Assembly: GCA_035260725.1 (NCBI GenBank)
Contig: DATFUR010000013.1
Span: 1 to 38,267, forward strand
Direction of reading: 5' to 3'
Source: Patescibacteria group bacterium
Lineage (GTDB): Bacteria; Patescibacteriota; Microgenomatia; Levybacterales; UBA12049
Length of the DNA: 38,267 bases
In this document: one piece after another, positions 8,146-15,630 of the stretch
Position numbering within the stretch: the stretch's first letter is position 1
How the letters are laid out: every line of letters begins with the position of its first letter
Notes under the pieces: generated by a model
The model's input: only the letters and a program-made list of their open reading frames with translations
What the model was told of the DNA's origin: nothing
Databases searched by the model: none
Made by a program: the position numbers and the translations under genes

Positions 8146-8868
8146 TTATTTGGTAAACAATTTTTGTGCTTTAGCGTAGTCTTCGTGCGTGTCTATTTCC
8201 ACCCATTTTAAGCCGGAAATATCTACAGCGCCAAAAGGTATTCCAAGTTCAACCAAAGTCGTATAAGAATCATCGTAATACTCGTTCCATTTATTTGGAT
8301 CTTTGAGCAATTGTTCCAGCTCGCCGAATAATATTTTTCCGGCCTCCTTACCTATTTTTTCAATACCGATTGATTCTCCGGAAGCTCTATTGAAGTCAAT
8401 TTTTTTTCCTACTTTTAAAACTCGACCATCAGTTCCAAGTTGGACTTTTACTTCCTCTTTGTCCAAGTGGATGTTTTTATCTATGCAAAGTGCACTCTTA
8501 AATGGACTTTGAATAAGTTTTTCCAGAATTTTCTGTTCGAAAACAACATCGGCATCGAATTTTACAAAGTCCTCATCTCTAATAAATTTTTTAGTCAGCA
8601 TGAGAGAGTAGGCAGTATTTGTTTTGTCAAACTTGTCGTTTCTAACGTATTTGATATTAAGGCCGGTAAAGGAGGAGGCAAATTCCTTGATCTTTTCTTC
8701 CAAGTATCCGGTCACAATGGTCACATCTTTTATTCCGGATTTTTGAATATTTGTCAGCATTCGTCCAAGTATTGTTGAGCCGTTAATCTCAAGCAAAGAT
8801 TTTGGGGCTTGGTCGGTGAGAGGTCTTATTCTTGAGCCTACGCCTGCTGCCAAAATAACTGCTTTCAT
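8146..8868 (-). CDS. LicC/PntC-like sugar- or headgroup-phosphate cytidylyltransferase (MobA-like NTP transferase family)
   Basis: N-terminal MKAVILAAGVGSRIRPLTDQAPKSLLEING nucleotide-binding signature. YSLMLTK, SGESIGIEK and WVEIDTHEDY blocks are arranged as in LicC-type CTP:phosphocholine/phosphonate cytidylyltransferases. Confidence 0.7.
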   Translation of the reverse strand: MKAVILAAGVGSRIRPLTDQAPKSLLEINGSTILGRMLTNIQKSGIKDVTIVTGYLEEKIKEFASSFTGLNIKYVRNDKFDKTNTAYSLMLTKKFIRDEDFVKFDADVVFEQKILEKLIQSPFKSALCIDKNIHLDKEEVKVQLGTDGRVLKVGKKIDFNRASGESIGIEKIGKEAGKILFGELEQLLKDPNKWNEYYDDSYTTLVELGIPFGAVDISGLKWVEIDTHEDYAKAQKLFTK

Positions 8869-8889
8869 AGAAGAGCTACTATTGTATAG

Positions 8890-9654
8890 CTATTTTCTTA
8901 GAGGTTCAAGAAGCTTGCCCGAGTTCTTGCTTACTTGATGTCCTCTTTCCCAAAATCTCCAAAATGCGATTACGATTTGGCTTACGGCAAGTATCCAAAG
9001 AGCCAGATCCAGTCTATTAAATAAAGCTCCAAGTGAGGTGAAAACTGCAAATTCTGCCTCATCGACGAACAATATAATTCTATTTCTAATCCAAAGAGAA
9101 TTTAAAAACGTTAATTTATTAATTTTTTTCTCCAGCTGTTCTCTTTTTTGGGCGGATTTGGATAAATACGAAGAATCAAGATCTATTCGGCCAAAAAGGG
9201 TTGCGAGTTTTATATAATACCTAAACATAAAGAAAAAACACGCAGCAAAGCCCAGGTAAATAAACAAAATATTGTCTGTTTTAAGGAAAACGGCGAGAGA
9301 AAGAGAAAAAGTTATTATGAAGATTTTTAAAACGTCCAATACTTTGTCCAAAAAGTCTCCAAAATTTGAAGACATGTTTCTTTCGCGGGCCAACTGGCCA
9401 TCCAGATCGTCACCGATATAGCCTAAAAATATGCCAATGCTTGCAAAATAAAGGTGCATCGGATATTGGACAAAAAGAGAGAGGCATCCTGCGGTAAAAA
9501 TAAAAAAAGAAAACCAGGTAACGGCATTAGGGGTTATAAATTTTAGATTTTTTATTATTTGGAGGAGCAGATTTGCAAGCGGATATCCGAAAATATCGGC
9601 CCAATTGCCGTAGTAGGAAGATTTTATAACCTTGGATTCTTTTTGAATAGGCAT
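8890..9654 (-). CDS. CDP-alcohol phosphatidyltransferase family membrane protein
   Basis: Perfect family motif D-x2-D-G-x2-A-R-x8-G-x3-D-x3-D in DDLDGQLARERNMSSNFGDFLDKVLD, plus several hydrophobic helices. The ATG at 9654 is preferred over the track's TTG at 9669. It sits 1 nt after the upstream gene's TAA. Confidence 0.8.
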   Translation of the reverse strand: MPIQKESKVIKSSYYGNWADIFGYPLANLLLQIIKNLKFITPNAVTWFSFFIFTAGCLSLFVQYPMHLYFASIGIFLGYIGDDLDGQLARERNMSSNFGDFLDKVLDVLKIFIITFSLSLAVFLKTDNILFIYLGFAACFFFMFRYYIKLATLFGRIDLDSSYLSKSAQKREQLEKKINKLTFLNSLWIRNRIILFVDEAEFAVFTSLGALFNRLDLALWILAVSQIVIAFWRFWERGHQVSKNSGKLLEPLRK

Positions 9655-9655
9655 A

Positions 9656-10825
9656 TTACAATGTTCCAAAAAGCACAGGATCTTGGAGGTTAATATTTCT
9701 TATAGGTATAGCTAATTTATCGTCTTTGTCTTTTTGGATTTGTTGTAAAACTTCCTCGAGGTTGCGTAGGAAGAATTCGACGTTGTCTTTATTTATTGCG
9801 CCTATGTTTCCAACTTGGAAAACCTTGTTTAGGAATGGTCCCTTGCCGTTATAAACAATAATATTTCTTTCTCTAAGGTGCTGTTTTAGCTTTTCAAATT
9901 CTACGGAGTTAGGTAATTTTACTGTCGTTAAAACCGAGGACATATGCTCTTCGTCTATCAAAAACGAGAGGCCGAGTTTTTTTAGCCCTGTCCTTAGGAT
10001 TTGGGTCATATCGTCGATGTGTTTTCTTCTTTTTGCGATTCCCTCGTTTAAGACGTTTGTCAAAGCCTGATTAAAGGCAAAATACAGCTGTACTGCAGGG
10101 GTGTTGGGTGTTTGGGAAAATTGAGTAGAGTAACGGTAAAAATTGTAGAGGTTTAGGTAGGCGGTTTTGGCGGGAACGTCTTTAAGCTTCTCGAACTCTT
10201 CTTTTTTTCCAATAACAAAAGCAACGCCTGGAAGAGATCCAATTGCCTTGCCTGCCGTTCCTGTGCAAAATGCAACGTTGGCTTTTTCCAGGTCAATTTT
10301 TTCGGCCCCAGCGCTACTAATTGAATCTACGAAGAACATTTTGTTATACTTTTTGGTTATTAATCCTACTTTTTCGAGTGGGTTTAGCATTCCTGTCGAA
10401 GTTTCATGATGGACCATTGCAACAACGTCCACGCGGTTTCTCTTTATATATTTTTCTATTCTTTCTAAATCTAAATTCTCTGCCCAATCAAACTTTAAGA
10501 TTTTTGTGTTTTTGTTGTGGATTTTGGAAATATCGTACAATCTTTCCCCAAATTCACCATTGGACAAAACAAGAATATGCAAATCTCCGGGCAAGGAGGA
10601 GAGTACGGCTTCGTTAACTGCGGTTCCGGAGCCTGTTATAACAACAGGGTGGTATTCCTTTGTGTCTCGGATTTCATAAAGCTCTAAAAGTTTGGAGTTG
10701 ATGTTGCCTAAAAGCTGTGAGAATTCACTTTCCCTGTGCCCGATTTCGTTTTGAACAGCGTCTTTAACATTTGCTGCAATATTTACCGGTCCCGGACAGA
10801 ACAAAAAGTGCTTTTTTACCTTCAT
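9656..10825 (-). CDS. class V (AGXT/PhnW-like) pyridoxal-phosphate aminotransferase
   Basis: FCPGPVNI...IGHRESEF, AMVHHETSTGMLNP, the PLP-lysine block TGTAGKAIGSLPGVAFVI and FQVGNIG. This resembles both serine-pyruvate/AGXT enzymes and 2-aminoethylphosphonate-pyruvate transaminases. ATG 10825 (MKVKKHF...) is preferred because a TTGCAA-N17-TATAAT promoter lies inside the track's TTG-started extension. Confidence 0.75.
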   Translation of the reverse strand: MKVKKHFLFCPGPVNIAANVKDAVQNEIGHRESEFSQLLGNINSKLLELYEIRDTKEYHPVVITGSGTAVNEAVLSSLPGDLHILVLSNGEFGERLYDISKIHNKNTKILKFDWAENLDLERIEKYIKRNRVDVVAMVHHETSTGMLNPLEKVGLITKKYNKMFFVDSISSAGAEKIDLEKANVAFCTGTAGKAIGSLPGVAFVIGKKEEFEKLKDVPAKTAYLNLYNFYRYSTQFSQTPNTPAVQLYFAFNQALTNVLNEGIAKRRKHIDDMTQILRTGLKKLGLSFLIDEEHMSSVLTTVKLPNSVEFEKLKQHLRERNIIVYNGKGPFLNKVFQVGNIGAINKDNVEFFLRNLEEVLQQIQKDKDDKLAIPIRNINLQDPVLFGTL

Positions 10826-10850
10826 TTTCTGATAATTCACGTAAGTGAAG

Positions 10851-10879
10851 ATTATAGTCTTATTGTGCTTGGTTTGCAA
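10851..10879 (-). promoter_or_regulatory. sigma70-like promoter for the aminotransferase/CDP-alcohol PT/cytidylyltransferase operon
   Basis: Minus strand: TTGCAA(10879-10874)-N17-TATAAT(10856-10851), 25 nt before ATG 10825. Confidence 0.55.
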
Positions 10880-10903
10880 GAATTATGTAATAAAATTTAC
10901 CTC

Positions 10904-10933
10904 TTGCCTAAAATATAGTTTTGCGTTTATACT
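10904..10933 (+). promoter_or_regulatory. sigma70-like promoter for the dcd operon, leaderless configuration
   Basis: TTGCCT(10904-10909)-N18-TATACT(10928-10933)-N6-ATG(10940). Confidence 0.5.
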
Positions 10934-10939
10934 CTTTTC

Positions 10940-11509
10940 ATGATTTTGTCGGACCGCGACATCAAAAAGGCCTTAAATTCGGGCCGAATCAAGATAACCC
11001 CAACTCCGGACTTCAAAACCCAGCTTGGCTCATGCTCCGTCGATTTGCGCTTGGGAAACGTCTTCCGCGTATTTGAACACAGCAAAAATGCGTATCTTGA
11101 TCCGGCAAAAAAAGATTACACAAATGAAATAACAAGAGAAATAAAAGTTAAAAATGGCGATAAATTTATAATGCAGCCGGGGGATTTTGTTTTGGCGGTA
11201 ACCTTGGAGAAAGTAAAAATTCCTAATGATTTAATGGGAAGGCTCGAAGGGCGTTCGTCTTTGGGGCGTTTGGGAATAGTTGTCCATTCTACAGCTTCTA
11301 TTTTTGATCCGGGTTGGGACGGCAAATGCGTTCTAGAGCTTGGTAATCTGGGTCGAATGGCAGTATCCCTTACTCCCGGCATGAGAATATGTGCAATGAC
11401 CTTTGAAGAGCTCACAAGCTCTGCGGAAACACCCTACACAAAGAAAAAAAATGCTAAATACGTATTCCAAAAAGGACCGGGGGAGTCAAAAATTCACCAA
11501 GATTTATGA
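10940..11509 (+). CDS. dcd: dCTP deaminase (Dcd family)
   Basis: MILSDRDIKKAL...GSCSVDLRLGN...GRSSLGRLGIVVH...DPGWDG...LELGN and a C-terminal YTKKKNAKYVFQKGP tail typical of Dcd. Confidence 0.85.
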   Translation: MILSDRDIKKALNSGRIKITPTPDFKTQLGSCSVDLRLGNVFRVFEHSKNAYLDPAKKDYTNEITREIKVKNGDKFIMQPGDFVLAVTLEKVKIPNDLMGRLEGRSSLGRLGIVVHSTASIFDPGWDGKCVLELGNLGRMAVSLTPGMRICAMTFEELTSSAETPYTKKKNAKYVFQKGPGESKIHQDL

Positions 11510-12198
11510 AAAACCAAAAATATCACGTTGAATTCGATATAGATTTTAAAAGAAATTCTCACAGGGGTCTGTTTGTGGTTTTGGAGGGGATCGAAGCATC
11601 GGGGAAAACCACCCAAACCGAAAGATTAGGGAAAAAAATTTCAGAAAAATTAAATGTCCTCCTGACAAAAAATCCAACCGACAGCTATGTTGGTCAATTT
11701 ATAAGAAAAAGTTTGCTTGCAGGTAAGGTTAGAATGCCGCCGGTTGCCATACAATATTTATTTGGAGCAGATCGGGAAATTCAACAAGAAGAAATAAATG
11801 AACATTTAGAAAAAGGAGAGGTTGTAGTCTCTGATAGATACTTTTGGTCTTCGGTTGCGTATGGCATTGCGGACAAAAAAGAGTTTGATTACGAAAATTC
11901 TGCGGAACTTTCACTCGTGGCCTTTAGTCTTCTTTCCATGTATCACCAGTTTATTCTTCCGGATATTACTATTTACTTAGAAGTTCCTGTGGAGGAAGCA
12001 ATGAAGAGAATCACCGGTTCTAAAAAACATACCGAAATTTATGACAATGAAGAAATGAATGTTAGAGTGGAAAAGGGTTATAAATGGTTAATTAAAAAAT
12101 TTCCAAAAGAGTTTATAATTTTAGACGGAACAAAAAGCGAAGAAACTTTGGAAACAGAAATCCTTAAAATAATTAATTCAAAACTTAAAAACAAATGA
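11506..12198 (+). CDS. tmk: thymidylate (dTMP) kinase
   Basis: P-loop FVVLEGIEASGKTTQ and a DRY(F)WSS-type block (SDRYFWSSVAYG). ATGA overlap with dcd. Confidence 0.85.
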   Translation: MKNQKYHVEFDIDFKRNSHRGLFVVLEGIEASGKTTQTERLGKKISEKLNVLLTKNPTDSYVGQFIRKSLLAGKVRMPPVAIQYLFGADREIQQEEINEHLEKGEVVVSDRYFWSSVAYGIADKKEFDYENSAELSLVAFSLLSMYHQFILPDITIYLEVPVEEAMKRITGSKKHTEIYDNEEMNVRVEKGYKWLIKKFPKEFIILDGTKSEETLETEILKIINSKLKNK

Positions 12199-12734
12199 TT
12201 TTAGGACCTAAAAAATTATTGCAGTTGGTAAAAACAAAAAAACTGGTCGTTGGTTTGTCCGAGCGGGAACTGACAAATCCGGAAGGAGCGGGTTTTGACC
12301 TTCGTTTGGGGGAAGTTTATAAGATTTCGGGCACTGCTTTTTTAGGCGAAACAGAAAGAAAAACTCCTACTGTCAAACTAGTTAAAAAGTACTCAAAGAG
12401 TATCAAAAATAAGCTAATTTTGAAGCCGGGGGATTTTTATTTGGTAACGACGATAGAGAGTTTTAACGTTCCGCAAAACTTAACTGTCAATTTTAAACCG
12501 AGGACAACTACTTTTCGCTCGGGACTTTTTTTGCGGACGGGAAATGTTGCTCCCGGATACAAAGGGCCGGTTACTTTTGGTTTAAAAAACGAAGGAAAAG
12601 TAAAAGTGACAATCGAAATGGGGGCGCGGTTTGTCCACGCGCAGTTTGAAGAAGTAAAAGGCGGCGGTTCACTTTACCGTGGACAATGGCAAGGTGGTAG
12701 AATAACAACGCGCAAGCGCGAGAAGCAAGTATGA
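12195..12734 (+). CDS. second Dcd/dUTPase-superfamily protein (dCTP deaminase- or dUTPase-like)
   Basis: GAGFDLRLGEVY, PGYKGPVTFGLKNEG and GARFVHAQF, with the tail GSLYRGQWQGGRI. ATGA overlaps on both sides. Confidence 0.7.
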   Translation: MILGPKKLLQLVKTKKLVVGLSERELTNPEGAGFDLRLGEVYKISGTAFLGETERKTPTVKLVKKYSKSIKNKLILKPGDFYLVTTIESFNVPQNLTVNFKPRTTTFRSGLFLRTGNVAPGYKGPVTFGLKNEGKVKVTIEMGARFVHAQFEEVKGGGSLYRGQWQGGRITTRKREKQV

Positions 12735-13723
12735 AAAAAAATCAAAAAACAAAAATCAAAAATCAAAATCACCCCGAATACCAATACCTAAATCTAGCAC
12801 GTGAGATTCTTAAAAGTGGAATAAAACAAACCGACAGGGGAACCGGTGTTTCGGATTACAGTATTTTTGGAAGGCAGTCGGTTTACGACTTGTCCAAAGG
12901 TTTTCCTCTTCTTACCACGAAGAAAGTTTACTGGAACGGAGTAATTCAGGAGCTTTACTGGTTTTTCTCGGGACAGACAAACATTAAATATCTTGTAGAT
13001 CACAATGTCCACATCTGGGACGATTACCCCTACAAAATTTACAAATCAAAAAATCCAAAGACCAAAATGACAAAGGACGAGTTCATTCAAAAGATTCGTG
13101 ATAACAGTTCATTCGCAAAAAAATGGGGGGAATTGCCCCGGATTTACGGCGAGATGTGGCGCAAATGGCCGACCCGCAAAAAAGGCAAGACAATAGACCA
13201 GCTCAAATGGATTATTGATGAGCTGAAAGCAGATCCCAACGCCCATAACGCGATTGTAAACTCCTGGAACCCCGAATATTTGTATACAATGGCAGACAAG
13301 AAGGACGCTTCGAGGTTTCCGATTTGCCACAACATGTACCAGGTTAGTAACCGCGGGGGAAAACTCTCATTAATTCTTTATCAGAGGAGTTGCGATTTGT
13401 TTTTGGGAGTTCCTTTTAATATCGCGTCATACGCATTGTTAACGCTTATTCTAGCAAAAATTTTAAAACTTGAGCCCGGAGAGTTTGTTCACGTTTACGG
13501 CGACGTCCATATTTATGAAAACCACATAAAACAGTTTAAAGAACAACTAAAAAGGATTCCTCGGCCATTTCCTAAGGTAACGTTAAAAGGAAAATTAAAC
13601 AAGATCGAAGATTTTAAGCCCGAGATGGTAGTTTTGGAAAATTATGACCCCTACTCTCCGATTAAGGCCGAACTTACTGTTGCGGGAGGATATTATGAGG
13701 GAAGAAAAAGAAAACGAAAATAG
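12731..13723 (+). CDS. thyA: thymidylate synthase ThyA (long form with L. casei-type insertion)
   Basis: DRGTGVSDYSIFG, GELPRIYGEMWRKW, catalytic FPICHNMYQ, LYQRSCDLFLGVPFNIASYALL and GDVHIYENH. Confidence 0.85.
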   Translation: MKKNQKTKIKNQNHPEYQYLNLAREILKSGIKQTDRGTGVSDYSIFGRQSVYDLSKGFPLLTTKKVYWNGVIQELYWFFSGQTNIKYLVDHNVHIWDDYPYKIYKSKNPKTKMTKDEFIQKIRDNSSFAKKWGELPRIYGEMWRKWPTRKKGKTIDQLKWIIDELKADPNAHNAIVNSWNPEYLYTMADKKDASRFPICHNMYQVSNRGGKLSLILYQRSCDLFLGVPFNIASYALLTLILAKILKLEPGEFVHVYGDVHIYENHIKQFKEQLKRIPRPFPKVTLKGKLNKIEDFKPEMVVLENYDPYSPIKAELTVAGGYYEGRKRKRK

Positions 13724-14141
13724 AACACGGACAGCCGGAGTTGTTGTTATACGAAATGATGAGATTCTTCTTGTAGAACACAAGGAGGCAGCAAGGCATA
13801 TAAGTGGCGTTTGGGGATTCCCTGCAGGTAGATTGGAGGAAGGAGAAAGCGAGAAGGAGGCTGCGGTTAGGGAATTGGAGGAAGAAGCAGGGCTTAGGAC
13901 TTCGGAAGACGCACTTATCGATTTTAGAAATGGTGAGCCTTATCTAAGTGAATTAACTCTTAAACACGGACTAGAAAGAATGATATTTCATATTTTTCTT
14001 TGTACAAATTTCGAAGGAGAATTAAGAGAGACTGACGAAACGAGGCCTCAATGGGTTAAGATTTCCGAACTTTCAAGTTTGAATACTCTACCAAATATCG
14101 TGAGTTCAGTTGAGGAAGCGCAAAGATATCTCTCAAAATGA
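13695..14141 (+). CDS. NUDIX hydrolase
   Basis: Nudix box GFPAGRLEEGESEKEAAVRELEEEAGL. ATG 13695 is preceded by GGAGGA (13685-13690) and is preferred over the track start at 13644. It overlaps the thyA 3' end by 29 nt. Confidence 0.8.
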   Translation: MREEKENENRTRTAGVVVIRNDEILLVEHKEAARHISGVWGFPAGRLEEGESEKEAAVRELEEEAGLRTSEDALIDFRNGEPYLSELTLKHGLERMIFHIFLCTNFEGELRETDETRPQWVKISELSSLNTLPNIVSSVEEAQRYLSK

Positions 14142-14629
14142 ATTATCCAAAAATTAGCTTAATTGCGGCAATTGCATCAGACAATCGCGCTTTGGGACGC
14201 GATAACAAGCTTATTTATAAAATCCCGGAAGACCAGAAAAGATTTAAGGACCTAACAACAGGCCACGTAATTATAATGGGGCGAAAAACCTTCGAGTCCA
14301 TTGGCCGTGCGCTCCCGAATAGAATGAATATTGTTATTACAAGTCGGCCCGAAGAACTGGCGGGCAAAGGAGTTTTTCCTGTTTCCAGTCTTAGAGAGGC
14401 TTTTTACACGGCAGAAGACAAAGAAAAAAAAGAGATTTTTGTAATTGGGGGTGCCCAGATTTATGAGCAGACAATAGGACGTGCAGACAGGCTTTATTTA
14501 ACTGTTGTAGAGGGCAATCCCGACGCCGACGCCTATTTTCCCGACTATTCTGACTTTAAAACCGTGGTATTTGAAAAAAGCGGGGAATATGATAGTATAA
14601 GGTACAAGTTTTTAGACTTGGAGAAATAA
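14138..14629 (+). CDS. folA: dihydrofolate reductase
   Basis: ISLIAAIASDNRALGRDNKLIYKIPEDQKRFKDLTTGHVIIMGRKTFESIG and VIGGAQIYE. ATGA overlap with the Nudix gene. Confidence 0.85.
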   Translation: MNYPKISLIAAIASDNRALGRDNKLIYKIPEDQKRFKDLTTGHVIIMGRKTFESIGRALPNRMNIVITSRPEELAGKGVFPVSSLREAFYTAEDKEKKEIFVIGGAQIYEQTIGRADRLYLTVVEGNPDADAYFPDYSDFKTVVFEKSGEYDSIRYKFLDLEK

Positions 14630-14632
14630 ATT

Positions 14633-14806
14633 ATGACAGAAAGAATACAGCCGGCGTCGGAATCACCAATAGTTTTTTCAAGAGAGGCAGACGGAGTGCA
14701 CAGAAACAGTGAGGGTGTCGCATTTGCAGAGTGGAGAGCCCAGCAATCCGTGGAAGCCCCATCCCAACCCCAAATGCCTGACGAACAATCGGGAAGAGTT
14801 TATTAA
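14633..14806 (+). CDS. possible small acidic protein (57 aa), below the ORF-track length cut-off
   Basis: The ATG is 3 nt after the folA stop. Translation: MTERIQPASESPIVFSREADGVHRNSEGVAFAEWRAQQSVEAPSQPQMPDEQSGRVY. Stop TAA 14804-14806 shares a TTAA with the convergent gene's stop. No recognisable family. Confidence 0.3.
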   Translation: MTERIQPASESPIVFSREADGVHRNSEGVAFAEWRAQQSVEAPSQPQMPDEQSGRVY

Positions 14807-15540
14807 GCCACCCGTTTTATAAATCCCTTTTCTTTTAGGAATCTGTGGATTTCTTCAGCAACCTCATCGATACTTTTGCCTGTTGTTGAAAAATGCTTAT
14901 CATAGACTAGCTTTCCGCTTTTGTCTCTAAGTCCGGGATTGAAAGGATTGCCGGTAACTAATTCGGGGTGTGCCTTTTGCCAAGTCTCCAGATCTCTTTT
15001 TTCTCTTTCCAGTGTACCTTTTTTTACTTCTTGGAGAGTTTTCTGATCTTGGGGATATTTCTCGTTCCATCTATTTGTAAGGCGCGAAATCCTCTCTGTA
15101 AATTCGCAGATGAAAAGAAGCGAAACGACGGGTAAATCGATTCCTATCTCCTTAGCTTTTCTTACCTCTTCCGCTTTAAATATACCAGCTAAGCGGCCTT
15201 CGAGAATAAGTGGATTATCTACGGTCGCTTCTCTTATTAATAACGCCTGTAACTCATCAAGCTCTATGTCTTTGGAAAGAGGCCTATCTTGGTAGCCCAA
15301 CATGTCTCCAATGTCTTCCCGTAGTTCAGCGCCAACTTTTCTGAATCTCTTAACAGGAATGCCGTATTTAATTACCATTTCTAATCCAGTCGTGGTTTTT
15401 CCTGTCCCCGAAGGTCCCGATATTGTTAGGCCGCCAAAATTAGGGACCCATATTTCCGGAGGCTTCACGCTTTCTCCGGTGAGCCTTGCTTCTAGGCGTT
15501 TTTGCCTAAGTTTTAATTCTCTTGCTTCTATCTCTCTCAT
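14803..15540 (-). CDS. P-loop nucleoside-monophosphate kinase-like protein (cytidylate-kinase-like)
   Basis: Walker A ISGPSGTGKTTTG, an LILEGRLAG block as in CMP-kinase-like enzymes, and a consensus promoter upstream. Substrate unknown. Confidence 0.55.
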   Translation of the reverse strand: MREIEARELKLRQKRLEARLTGESVKPPEIWVPNFGGLTISGPSGTGKTTTGLEMVIKYGIPVKRFRKVGAELREDIGDMLGYQDRPLSKDIELDELQALLIREATVDNPLILEGRLAGIFKAEEVRKAKEIGIDLPVVSLLFICEFTERISRLTNRWNEKYPQDQKTLQEVKKGTLEREKRDLETWQKAHPELVTGNPFNPGLRDKSGKLVYDKHFSTTGKSIDEVAEEIHRFLKEKGFIKRVA

Positions 15541-15550
15541 AGTTGGGGGA

Positions 15551-15579
15551 ATTATAGGCTTTTAAATTTTCAAAATCAA
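15551..15579 (-). promoter_or_regulatory. sigma70-like promoter for the kinase-like gene
   Basis: Minus strand: TTGATT(15579-15574)-N17-TATAAT(15556-15551)-N10-ATG(15540). Confidence 0.5.
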
Positions 15580-15588
15580 ATTATCTTA

Positions 15589-15617
15589 TTGCAAAGACCA
15601 AATCTTGGAGTTATACT
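15589..15617 (+). promoter_or_regulatory. sigma70-like promoter for glyA
   Basis: TTGCAA(15589-15594)-N17-TATACT(15612-15617)-N13-ATG(15631). Confidence 0.5.
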
Positions 15618-15630
15618 TTTGGAAGATTTA

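Noticed and set aside
8303-10918. Plus-strand ORFs 8303-8512, 8440-8778, 10167-10409, 10321-10617 and 10736-10918.
   Set aside because: They are antisense to minus-strand genes with clear family motifs (NTP transferase, class V aminotransferase). Their translations are low-complexity F/L/S-rich strings typical of antisense frames in AT-rich DNA.
15541-15630. Folate- or ZTP-type riboswitch upstream of glyA, and a similar search upstream of dcd.
   Set aside because: The predicted promoters sit only 13 nt (glyA) and 6 nt (dcd) from the start codons. This leaves no room for a leader aptamer.
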